The notes under the pieces: generated by a model
Databases searched by the model: none
What the model was told of the DNA's origin: nothing
Seen by the model: only the letters and a program-made list of their open reading frames with translations
Made by a program: the position numbers and the translations under genes
DNA from: a virus
Taxonomy: Duplodnaviria > Heunggongvirae > Uroviricota > Caudoviricetes
Strand: one strand, 5' to 3'
DNA length: 64,000 nt
IMG/VR virus record: IMGVR_UViG_3300031920_000341
Location: 16,267-80,266 of that record
Shown here: positions 1 to 8,369 of the stretch, piece after piece
Layout: every line of letters starts with the position of its first letter
Position numbering within the stretch: position 1 is the stretch's first letter

Positions 1-553
1 CCATGTAAACCTTATTATCGAATGAATCTTTAAAATATCCATCTACATTCATTTCAGTATCAAATATGTTACGATTTGCCATATACTGAAAAACTTTTGA
101 ACCAGTAGACGCTTTTATTAATGGAATTAATCCAAGTCGTTTTGTAAAATAATCCAAGTCTGGTAGATGTTGCATAATACCAACATCAAATAAGTAATCA
201 CGAATTGCATTACTACCTTTATTTTCAATATTAAGTGAACCTGGATCATAATTGCTATCTGTTTCAACTTCAAGATCCATTATATTTATGTTATATTCTG
301 ATGCATATTTTGAAACGAAGTTACCAAAAGACATGAAAGCACGACAACCACCATTAAAACACTTGTATGTATTTGTGTTTAAATAGATATTACCACGCTT
401 ACTTGATATTTTATTTTCTGAATCACCACAGATTGGACAAGCAATTCTATATCCTTTACTTGTAGCTTCAACCTTTTGCTTTTCAGAAATTCCAGGAAAC
501 CGTGCATCAAGCACGATCTCCAAAAATTCCTCTATTGTATTTGCACTATGCAT
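1..553 (-). CDS. DNA primase, T4 gp61-like (N-terminal part; runs off window)
   Basis: Not in ORF track. Manual translation from ATG at 553: MHSANTIEEFLEIVLDARFPG...YRIACPICGDSENKISSKRGNIYLNTNTYKCFNGGC, the gp61-type Zn-ribbon (CPxCGDS...KRG...YxCFN..C). Confidence 0.85.
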   Translation of the reverse strand, partial: MHSANTIEEFLEIVLDARFPGISEKQKVEATSKGYRIACPICGDSENKISSKRGNIYLNTNTYKCFNGGCRAFMSFGNFVSKYASEYNINIMDLEVETDSNYDPGSLNIENKGSNAIRDYLFDVGIMQHLPDLDYFTKRLGLIPLIKASTGSKVFQYMANRNIFDTEMNVDGYFKDSFDNKVYM

Positions 554-555
554 TT

Positions 556-2172
556 TTATTTTTTATCTTCTACTTCATCAATAATTATACAGTCAAGTGT
601 TAAAAATATTTTTGCAACTGATACTGCACTTTCAATTGCAAGCCTAGTTACTTTGGCAGGATCAAGAATATGCATTTTATACATATCACCAAATTTCCTG
701 TTTTTAGCATCATAACCAAAGTTAACATCTACTGATTTACTCATTTCAAGTCGAACAAGTTCTTTGTTCTCTCCAGTATTGGCCACTATATGCTCCATAG
801 GACTCATTAGAGCGTCCATAACTATAGTCATACCCGTTTTTATATCATCAGTATCTTTATCACGATATAGGTTGTCTATGTGCTTTTTAAGTAGATATGA
901 ACAATGATAATATATTGTACCGCCACCAGGAACCACACCTTCTTTAAGTGCTGATTTTGCAGCATGTAATGCATCATCAATTCTATCACCCTGTTCGTAA
1001 ATTTCCATTTCTGAATTTCCACCAACTTTAATTGTAACAGCCGCGCCGTTTAATTTTGATATACGTTTTTTAAGTGATGCTTTTGGTTGTGCGTTTTTTT
1101 CTTCCTTCATATTACTGTTAAGTTGTGCAATACGTTCTTTAACACGTAATTTATTCTTTTTTTCTTTTATAAGAACTGTTTCTTTTTCAGAAATTACAAT
1201 TCTATCAACTGAACCAAGTATTGATAAATCTTTTATTTCAGCAAGTGATATTCCTGTTTCTGCTCCAACAACTGTACCATCAATAAATGCAGAAATATCT
1301 TCAAGTGCTTCAAGTTTGCTTTTAGCAAATCCAGGTGATTGTATAAGTGCAATTTCTAATCCATTCTGTAATCTATTTAAAATTATTGTTTGTGCCAACC
1401 TGGTTTCAAAATCTTCTGCAATTATAATAATGGGACGTTTCTCCATTTTAACTGTTTCCAAAATTGGTAACAATTCACTAAGTCTGTCCATCTTATCAGC
1501 ATACAATAATACAATTGCATTTGTAAATTCAGCTTTACCTGTTGACATATTTGTAATAAAATATGGTGAAAAATATCCTTTTTCAAACATCATACCTTCT
1601 TTTATTTCCAATTTTGTTTCAGGTTCTACGCCCTTTTCAACATCAACAATACCATCAGCGCCAACACGTTTAATTGCTTCTGCTATTAATTTACCAACTG
1701 GTTCATCATGATTTGCAGATATGATAGCAATATCTTCAAGTAATGGACTATCTTCATCAATTTGAATTGCGTTTTCTTCTACCATATCAGTAACAAACTT
1801 TAATGCTTGATCCATACCATCTTTAAGATGTATTGGATTGGCTTCAAGATTTAATTGTTTCCTGATTTTTTGAATTAAAGCAGTTGCTAGAACAGTTGCT
1901 GTTGTAGTTCCATCGCCCGCATCAAATGCCATTTTTGCTGTTACGTTTTTGATAATATTTGCCCCAATATTTTCACCTGGGTCTTTTAAAGTAAGTGCAT
2001 TCGCAACAGTTACACCATCTTTTGTTACATGTGTTAATCCTCTGTGTATCGCAACATGGCGTCCACCAGGCCCAAGAGTGCTAGATACAGCAGTATATAA
2101 TTTTTCAATTCCATTATATACTACATTTTTTGCTTCTTCTCCTGTTAAAAAAGTTTTACTATTATTACTCAT
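556..2172 (-). CDS. groEL: Chaperonin GroEL (phage-encoded)
   Basis: TLGPGGR, TKDGVTVA, AGDGTTTATVLA and EGVVPGGG motifs; 538 aa; no GGM tail. Confidence 0.97.
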   Translation of the reverse strand: MSNNSKTFLTGEEAKNVVYNGIEKLYTAVSSTLGPGGRHVAIHRGLTHVTKDGVTVANALTLKDPGENIGANIIKNVTAKMAFDAGDGTTTATVLATALIQKIRKQLNLEANPIHLKDGMDQALKFVTDMVEENAIQIDEDSPLLEDIAIISANHDEPVGKLIAEAIKRVGADGIVDVEKGVEPETKLEIKEGMMFEKGYFSPYFITNMSTGKAEFTNAIVLLYADKMDRLSELLPILETVKMEKRPIIIIAEDFETRLAQTIILNRLQNGLEIALIQSPGFAKSKLEALEDISAFIDGTVVGAETGISLAEIKDLSILGSVDRIVISEKETVLIKEKKNKLRVKERIAQLNSNMKEEKNAQPKASLKKRISKLNGAAVTIKVGGNSEMEIYEQGDRIDDALHAAKSALKEGVVPGGGTIYYHCSYLLKKHIDNLYRDKDTDDIKTGMTIVMDALMSPMEHIVANTGENKELVRLEMSKSVDVNFGYDAKNRKFGDMYKMHILDPAKVTRLAIESAVSVAKIFLTLDCIIIDEVEDKK

Positions 2173-2507
2173 AAATCATGTTTTTTTTTAAAGTATTCGT
2201 TTTCATTACGTAAAAATTGAAAATTTTTTTCAATTGTTTTGCAGTTATCTTGGAAACTGTTAACCAATTCCGGTGTCAAATAAAACCATTCTCCTCGTTT
2301 ATTTTTATGACGAAGCATATTATGCATCGCTGTCTCGATCATTATAGCAAATTCACTTTCGTATTGATCTACTACAATTAAATCGGAATCATTCCCTGTT
2401 TGTAATTGTTTAAGACGTTTAAGACGTTGTGGATCTTTTCTTGTAAATCCTATCTTATATGTTTCTTCATCGTTTTCTTTTTTAGCGATTAAATATATGT
2501 AAGGCAA
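2169..2507 (-). CDS. GIY-YIG-like T5orf172/MUG113 family nuclease
   Basis: YIYLI...YKIGFT...RLKQLQTGN...E..MH...RGEWF pattern. The likely start is TTG at 2507, just after the polymerase stop; the ORF-track start at 2573 overlaps the polymerase gene. Confidence 0.8.
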   Translation of the reverse strand: MPYIYLIAKKENDEETYKIGFTRKDPQRLKRLKQLQTGNDSDLIVVDQYESEFAIMIETAMHNMLRHKNKRGEWFYLTPELVNSFQDNCKTIEKNFQFLRNENEYFKKKHDL

Positions 2508-2511
2508 TTCA

Positions 2512-4230
2512 TTATTCTGTTTTTTCTTGTGATTCGTTAGCTTCTTGTTCAATTTCTTCAGGCGGCGGAGCATCTGCTACAATAAATGCATCATTTATTA
2601 TATGTATAGCACCATTTACTGAATAGTTTTTAATTCGTTTCAAAAAGTCAAGTGATAATTCATATGTAAATTTACTATATGTTTTTTTAACAACAGGTGC
2701 AAGGGTTTCATTATTCATAATAAAACCATATGTTCCCTTTTCTGGTTTATATGCTTTTATTTTTTTACTAAACTCAACATAAACTTCTTTATCCATTTCA
2801 GTAAGTTGACTAAAAAATTCTGTTTTTTGTTTTTTCTTAAGTTGATCGTTTCTCTTACGTTTAATATACTTTGCTAATTCAAATTTAGGAACAACTTCAG
2901 ATAATAAACCATATGTCGATACACTTGCTATATATTCATCTTCATGTTTTTTTGGAACCTCAAGTAATGAATTAAGAATATAAGGATATAAAATCCTTGG
3001 TATTTCTTTATATTCAAGTGTTTCATTATTTATTACATATAATGGATATAAATCATCATCATTAATTGTTCTTTTAACTTTTGGTGCATTATATTTAACT
3101 GAACGTTTTAAACTACGGTCAACAGCCTGTGAGCCCATTGCAACTAATAATTTATTTACCGGTTCAACTACAGTCTGAAAAAATTGCTCATTGTAATCAA
3201 CAGGAAATGCAAACTCAATTGGATAATTACCAGGAATGTATCCAAATACATTCATTTCTTCATTATCAGAATGCTTTGCATAATAAAATTTAATTTTAGC
3301 GCCTTCACGTATTTTATAGTACTTTCCAATTTTAGTTTCATTTATCATAAAATTATAATATAAAGAAGCTCTACTATTAATAGGCATTCCTTTTGGAATT
3401 TCTAATACTGTATCATCTGGTACGTATTCATTATACTTCTTTACAAATTTATTGAAACTAATATCTTCTACATCATTATTTTCATAACCCTTACGCATTT
3501 TCTTAAGATGAGGTATTATATCTTTTTCAAGAATGGTTTCCTTACCTTTATCTAACATGATTTCAACAAGCTTACGTTGTTGATCACGTGCCCACTTTGG
3601 TATAGATGCTTGTGCTAATCCGATTCCACGTGCTTTGATTTTATATTTAGCTGTTAAATCCCGGTGATCAGCAATTTTAATAACGTAATGTTTCTTACCT
3701 GTCCATATTCCAGAATATGAAATATTTTCAAGTGCGAAGTTCATATGGTTTTCTGTATTGTAACTACTCGAATATTCTTTAAATGCATTATTAAGAAAAC
3801 TTGAAAATCTAAAATCAATTATCTTTTTATTAAATTCAATTTGTTTGATATTTGATAATTGATAATTTTCTATTGAGGAATATGCTAAATCAAAATTAAT
3901 ATATGTTGAATCAGTATCTGAATAAATTGCACCCTCTATTGATGGTTTATTAATCTTTAAATGAGATATACCCAAATGTTCATGTAATTCTTTATCAAGA
4001 TGCCATCTTTCACGGAAATAATAATTAACTGCAGCAATACTATATTTAATAAGATCTTGTCCTTGTAAAGTAATACTCTGTGCAATATTTCTATCATGAA
4101 AATTAAACCACTTATTACCAAAAGCACCATAGATACTATTAATAATAATCTTTATTGCATATTGTTGTTGATTAAGATACGCAATACGTTTCTTAATATC
4201 CTTTATTCGATCTTCTTTAGATTGTTCCAT
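2512..4230 (-). CDS. Family B DNA polymerase, C-terminal subunit (second fingers helix, palm, thumb, extension)
   Basis: Motif B KIIINSIYGAFGN, SITLQGQ, motif C IYSDTDS, KKHY. Lacks the exonuclease domain and motif A. Confidence 0.92.
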   Translation of the reverse strand: MEQSKEDRIKDIKKRIAYLNQQQYAIKIIINSIYGAFGNKWFNFHDRNIAQSITLQGQDLIKYSIAAVNYYFRERWHLDKELHEHLGISHLKINKPSIEGAIYSDTDSTYINFDLAYSSIENYQLSNIKQIEFNKKIIDFRFSSFLNNAFKEYSSSYNTENHMNFALENISYSGIWTGKKHYVIKIADHRDLTAKYKIKARGIGLAQASIPKWARDQQRKLVEIMLDKGKETILEKDIIPHLKKMRKGYENNDVEDISFNKFVKKYNEYVPDDTVLEIPKGMPINSRASLYYNFMINETKIGKYYKIREGAKIKFYYAKHSDNEEMNVFGYIPGNYPIEFAFPVDYNEQFFQTVVEPVNKLLVAMGSQAVDRSLKRSVKYNAPKVKRTINDDDLYPLYVINNETLEYKEIPRILYPYILNSLLEVPKKHEDEYIASVSTYGLLSEVVPKFELAKYIKRKRNDQLKKKQKTEFFSQLTEMDKEVYVEFSKKIKAYKPEKGTYGFIMNNETLAPVVKKTYSKFTYELSLDFLKRIKNYSVNGAIHIINDAFIVADAPPPEEIEQEANESQEKTE

Positions 4231-4249
4231 ATAAAAAGTTTAATTATTA

Positions 4250-4276
4250 ATTATATGAATAAAATCATTATAGTTT
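4250..4276 (-). promoter_or_regulatory. Putative early/middle promoter AAACT-N16-TATAAT
   Basis: Exact motif 20 nt upstream of the polymerase C-subunit ATG; recurs with the same spacing elsewhere. Confidence 0.65.
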
Positions 4277-4280
4277 TTAA

Positions 4281-4605
4281 TTATAACTTTTTGTTTATGG
4301 TTTCGGTATGAAAATTTTGTTCTTTGTATATTTTCATACGATCATCAGCATGTTTTTTTGAATATTTACCAAAATCATCAATGATATCAATAACAGTAAG
4401 ATATTTCTTTGTTTTGAATTTACGAAGGCCACGACCAATTGATTGACGGATTAAAGTATATGCTTTATATGATTCAGTAAATATTATGTAAAATAAATTG
4501 CTAACATCAATACCTGTAGAAAATGTACCGTCAATAAGAGGCAACCATATTAGTTGCCTCTTTATTAATTTCCTTTATGTTTTTATGAAATGTAACTTTT
4601 GCCAT
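4281..4605 (-). CDS. uvsW: UvsW helicase C-terminal fragment (motifs V-VI), interrupted by a frame change at 4533-4530
   Basis: 4605-4531 encodes MAKVTFHKNIKEINKEATNMVASY*. Skipping TGAC gives GTFSTGIDVSNL...LIRQSIGRGLRK...VIDIIDD, matching T4 UvsW VASYGVFSTG...QTIGRVLR. Confidence 0.75.
4531..4568 (-). promoter_or_regulatory. RNA hairpin enclosing GAGG, ATG-GTT-GCC-TCT-TAT and the TGA stop
   Basis: TTAATAAAGAGGCAAC-TAATATG-GTTGCCTCTTATTGA: 10-bp perfect stem, extendable to ~16 bp with one bulge and G-U pairs. Confidence 0.75.
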
Positions 4606-4665
4606 GTCTTTTATATTTTTTAATATCTATATCAGTCATGATAAGTTTTTTAATTATATATTTAC

Positions 4666-6087
4666 TTATTTATATGAGTTTATCCAAGAATCTAATATAT
4701 CATCACCAACTATTATATCTTTAGCATATTTTATTTTCCCATTAGTTAATTTAACGTTTGTATATTGATTTACTTTTATTTTAATATCATTTAATTCAAT
4801 AATTGTAACTAATTCTAAATTATCCATAATATTTATATAATCGTCTCTATCATTTTCATCAACATTACCATCAATATAAAAAACATTAGTATTAGATTCT
4901 TTTAAATTTTGATATAGTTTATAACCATACTTATCTTTAACATTATTGAAAAGAAATAATTTATTGTTTGGTAATGCGCTAGCTAGTTTTTTTATGAATT
5001 CCATTCTAAGTGGATGCTTTATTATTGTTTGTCTTTCAAAATCAAATAATTCTCCGGCAAATTTTATTCTAGCATCGCCTTTAAGTTCATTACCTTTTGC
5101 TTTGAATTTCATATAATCATTAACTAATTCATCATTCTTTGGATATTCTAATATAATACGTTTAACTGTTACTTCTGGTGCATATCCATCCTTTATAAGT
5201 TGATGTGTTTCATATTCATATACAAATGGCCCAAAGAATTTCTGTACTGTAAGGAAACTTGATTTAGTTCTATTTTCAATTAAAGTTCCAGATAATCCAA
5301 ATCGTGTATGTAAAGTCCCACATGAATTAAGAATATTTTTAATACTATCACCTTTAATTCCATGTGCTTCATCTACACCAATATGATATACTTTTTTAAA
5401 ATCTTCTTTTTTTCTTCTAAGTAAACTTTGATATGTACTTATAACAATTTCGGCTTCATCAAATTTCTTTTGATTAAATTTACTTTTACCGCCAAAATAT
5501 GCTATTTTAATTGGAACTGATCCATTATTATAATTTTGTGTAAATCTTTTATATGTCTGTGATGATAGGCCTTTCTTAGGTACAACAATTAACATTTTAT
5601 GATTAACATCAATTTCTTTTGTCACTTTAAGATACATTGCAATTATAAAAAATATTACTGTTTTACCCGCAGCTGTAGATAAATCAGCGGCGGCATATTT
5701 ATATTTGAGTAAATTATATGCTGATTCATATTGGTAGTATCTTAATTCTTTTACATCAGTACCTTTAAAAATTGTACTAAGAAATTTATCGTAATGTTCT
5801 TTTGTTATATCACGCATAAATTCTTTTATTCCATCAATTTTAACTGTATATTGTGGTCTATCATGGAAAAATTTTAATAATTCATGCCATAAACCAAATG
5901 GTAGTTTATAACCCACAAAGAATCTATCCCATCCATCCCATGCACCTGATCGATATGCTGGATCAAAAAAGAAACTATCTCTTTCTCGTTTAAAAAAGCT
6001 TCTTAATTCCTGTAATGCATGATCATTAGGATATGAAGTTAAGATAAGGTGTTTGTAATCGTTTGTTGTTTTAAATACAAATTCCAT
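4666..6087 (-). CDS. uvsW: UvsW SF2 helicase, N-terminal fragment with C-terminal Hint-like tail
   Basis: WDGWDRF, LRYYQ (Q motif), TAAGKT (Walker A), VDEAH, GLSGT, FYIDGNV. Ends before motif V with a ~45-aa tail ...VKLTNGKIKYAKDIIVGDDI. Confidence 0.92.
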   Translation of the reverse strand: MEFVFKTTNDYKHLILTSYPNDHALQELRSFFKRERDSFFFDPAYRSGAWDGWDRFFVGYKLPFGLWHELLKFFHDRPQYTVKIDGIKEFMRDITKEHYDKFLSTIFKGTDVKELRYYQYESAYNLLKYKYAAADLSTAAGKTVIFFIIAMYLKVTKEIDVNHKMLIVVPKKGLSSQTYKRFTQNYNNGSVPIKIAYFGGKSKFNQKKFDEAEIVISTYQSLLRRKKEDFKKVYHIGVDEAHGIKGDSIKNILNSCGTLHTRFGLSGTLIENRTKSSFLTVQKFFGPFVYEYETHQLIKDGYAPEVTVKRIILEYPKNDELVNDYMKFKAKGNELKGDARIKFAGELFDFERQTIIKHPLRMEFIKKLASALPNNKLFLFNNVKDKYGYKLYQNLKESNTNVFYIDGNVDENDRDDYINIMDNLELVTIIELNDIKIKVNQYTNVKLTNGKIKYAKDIIVGDDILDSWINSYK

Positions 6088-6590
6088 TACTGTCCGGTCA
6101 GAACCGATTCAAGTTCTTCATTTGGAAAAACACTGAGTATTTCGTTTCTGATATCATCGTTTATTTTTATAACAAAACTAACGTTTTGTTCCCATTCATC
6201 AAAGGTTGTACCAATTGTTATGTTATCTGGGTATTCTTCGTTAATATATGAAACTATAAATTCACCTGGAATATCTGACAATGAACCAATATCTACTGAT
6301 TCAAAATTATATTCGGGTTCACCATCAATAAGTTCTCTATTTACACCAACATAATCAATTGCTAATGTTTGCCATAATGATGCATCTTTTGTTTCAATTC
6401 CCATTATATCTATTAAGTAAAGCTCTTCTTCCATTTTAGCAATAATAATCTCATTATTACCATACACATAAGTAAATGGTGTATTTATAACAGATTTTTC
6501 ACCTTGTGCTTCGTTTCTATTTGCTGGGTTATCTTGTAATTGATCAAACCAATCTTCGAATAATGGTAATTGAACCGATGTATTTGTCAT
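6087..6590 (-). CDS. Hypothetical acidic protein, possible internal head protein
   Basis: ORF; likely start ATG 6590 (MTNTSVQLPLFEDW), preceded by AGATAAATAAA at 6613-6603. Confidence 0.6.
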   Translation of the reverse strand: MTNTSVQLPLFEDWFDQLQDNPANRNEAQGEKSVINTPFTYVYGNNEIIIAKMEEELYLIDIMGIETKDASLWQTLAIDYVGVNRELIDGEPEYNFESVDIGSLSDIPGEFIVSYINEEYPDNITIGTTFDEWEQNVSFVIKINDDIRNEILSVFPNEELESVLTGQ

Positions 6591-6618
6591 GCTATTGTTT
6601 TTTTTATTTATCTGAAAA

Positions 6619-7083
6619 TTAAATACCCAATAGGTCTTCAAGTGCCATACGATTCTTTATAGCATATAAGATATGATCAACCGTTTTGATAGAATTAGTA
6701 TAAAAACTTATCTGTTCGTTAAATAAATCATCGATTTTCTTAACATTAATATGTCTAATATTGCCTTCTACCATTATATTTTTTTCAGTTAAGTTACGGG
6801 TCCTAAACTGCATATTATTGTTTATTTGTTCAAATAAATCATGTTTAATTACTACTTTCTTGTTTATTAATTGATTATGCATTATCATTAAGGTATGTGA
6901 ATCTTCCAATAAACGTTGTCTCATAGATAATGATAAGACAGTCAACTCACTAAGCTTATTAATATCTCTCATCATTATTATTAAAGTTTTAATTTCCGTG
7001 CTTAGATCTTTCCTATTCTTTTCAAATTTAGTATTGAATTGATCATATACCTCTTGACTAAAATCTTCCATATGATTTATCAT
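6619..7083 (-). CDS. UvsY-like recombination mediator
   Basis: 154-aa helical protein near uvsW; C-terminus IKTVDHILYAIKNRMALE resembles the UvsY FxIKN end. Confidence 0.55.
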   Translation of the reverse strand: MINHMEDFSQEVYDQFNTKFEKNRKDLSTEIKTLIIMMRDINKLSELTVLSLSMRQRLLEDSHTLMIMHNQLINKKVVIKHDLFEQINNNMQFRTRNLTEKNIMVEGNIRHINVKKIDDLFNEQISFYTNSIKTVDHILYAIKNRMALEDLLGI

Positions 7084-7089
7084 TTTAAT

Positions 7090-7149
7090 ATTTTATATGA
7101 TTTTTAGCAAAAGTTTCATTAAAACTTTATCTAAGTTTTTCCATATAAA
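7090..7149. promoter_or_regulatory. Back-to-back divergent promoters (AAACT-N16/17-TAwAAw)
   Basis: Minus strand AAACT(7116)-N16-TAAAAT; plus strand AAACT(7122)-N17-TATAAA; lies between divergent genes. Confidence 0.55.
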
Positions 7150-7187
7150 ATAAGTAAAACAATTATTAAATTAATATAAACAATAAT

Positions 7188-7757
7188 ATGAAAGAATTAA
7201 TTATTTGGGATTTTGATGATACATTTATTAGAACACCAGGTCCAGAAGCATTTAAAGAACTTATTGATAATAAAATATTAGATATTGATAAAATAAATGA
7301 AGATAGAATATTATTCTGGGAAGATTCAATTTCTCTTGATACTAATTATTTTCAACTTGTATCTAAAAAACCAGTTGTGGATTTATTTAAAAGCTATGAA
7401 GATCAGGGAAATGTTGAACATATTTTAATAACAAATCGTAGTACACGAATGTTACCACAAATTAATCGTATACTTAAAGGAATTGGTGTTAATATACCAC
7501 ATATTTATAGTGGTACAGATTATGGTGGAAAAATAAATGTATTAAAGAATCACATAAAAAAACATAGTCCATATGATTATTTTGTGGTAGTTGAAGATTC
7601 AATACATAATTTATATGACTATCAAGAATTTTTTCTTAGTTCTGCTTTACAACATAAATTTATATTTGTTAATACCCATTCGATGGGTGAAATTGTGGGT
7701 AGAATACCAAGAATGACAAATGAACAAGATGTACAAATGATTTTACATAAAGATTAA
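7188..7757 (+). CDS. HAD-superfamily phosphatase (RNA-repair 'Swiss army knife' HAD-like)
   Basis: Motif I IWDFDDT, motif II LITNR, K, motif IV VVEDS. Confidence 0.75.
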   Translation: MKELIIWDFDDTFIRTPGPEAFKELIDNKILDIDKINEDRILFWEDSISLDTNYFQLVSKKPVVDLFKSYEDQGNVEHILITNRSTRMLPQINRILKGIGVNIPHIYSGTDYGGKINVLKNHIKKHSPYDYFVVVEDSIHNLYDYQEFFLSSALQHKFIFVNTHSMGEIVGRIPRMTNEQDVQMILHKD

Positions 7758-7761
7758 ATAT

Positions 7762-8325
7762 ATGATAACACTACTCGAACATCCAGAAATGGACCAGGAT
7801 TTAATTAATAGAATGAATGAAAGAGCAGATTTTTTAGGATTTAAGTGTTTAAATCTATTTGAAATTAATGAGAAATTCCATTCTGGAAAATCTATAAATG
7901 AAAGATATAATATATTGAAAAGTTATATAGATCATATGATGGGATTTATTACATACCATTCTAAGATTGATACAACAACAAGTATACTGATAAATCCTGG
8001 TTTATTTTGGGTAACATGGCTTGCTGAAAAATTTAATATCCATGGAATTGATGAATATTTATTAAATGCTACAAAAAGTAATAATTTCAGTCGTATCGTT
8101 ACGCTATATGTAGTTCCAAGTATTGATAGTCAAAGTATAACAATAGATCAAAACTTTGATAAATCCTTTAAATTTCAGCATGATATCATGTTAAAAAACT
8201 ATCTTAATATTTCTGATAGTAGGCGTTATAATAAATATTATCATATTGTATGTAGTACAAATGACGATGATTTAGTTGCTGATGTTGAAAGGATGTTAAT
8301 AAAAACATGGAAGCTAAAGGCCTAA
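7762..8325 (+). CDS. Hypothetical protein
   Basis: 187-aa ORF tightly coupled to the HAD gene. Confidence 0.6.
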   Translation: MITLLEHPEMDQDLINRMNERADFLGFKCLNLFEINEKFHSGKSINERYNILKSYIDHMMGFITYHSKIDTTTSILINPGLFWVTWLAEKFNIHGIDEYLLNATKSNNFSRIVTLYVVPSIDSQSITIDQNFDKSFKFQHDIMLKNYLNISDSRRYNKYYHIVCSTNDDDLVADVERMLIKTWKLKA

Positions 8326-8369
8326 CAATTTTTTTAAAGTAAATAATAAAGAAAAACAAAATACATTAA

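Noticed and set aside
4591-4607. 17-nt identity (ACATGGCAAAAGTTACA) with the tail tube start at 40664-40680
   Set aside because: Matches of this length are expected by chance in 64 kb of very AT-rich DNA. At most it supports MAKVT as a plausible start.
4530-4830. Group I/II intron interrupting uvsW
   Set aside because: The intervening sequence is short, very AT-rich and mostly open reading frame. I see no catalytic core elements, and a single splice would not explain both the break and the 4-nt interruption. Not formally excluded without RT-PCR.
4666-4830. Functional split intein in uvsW
   Set aside because: No N-terminal Cys/Ser block A, no TxxH motif and no HN-(C/S/T) junction.
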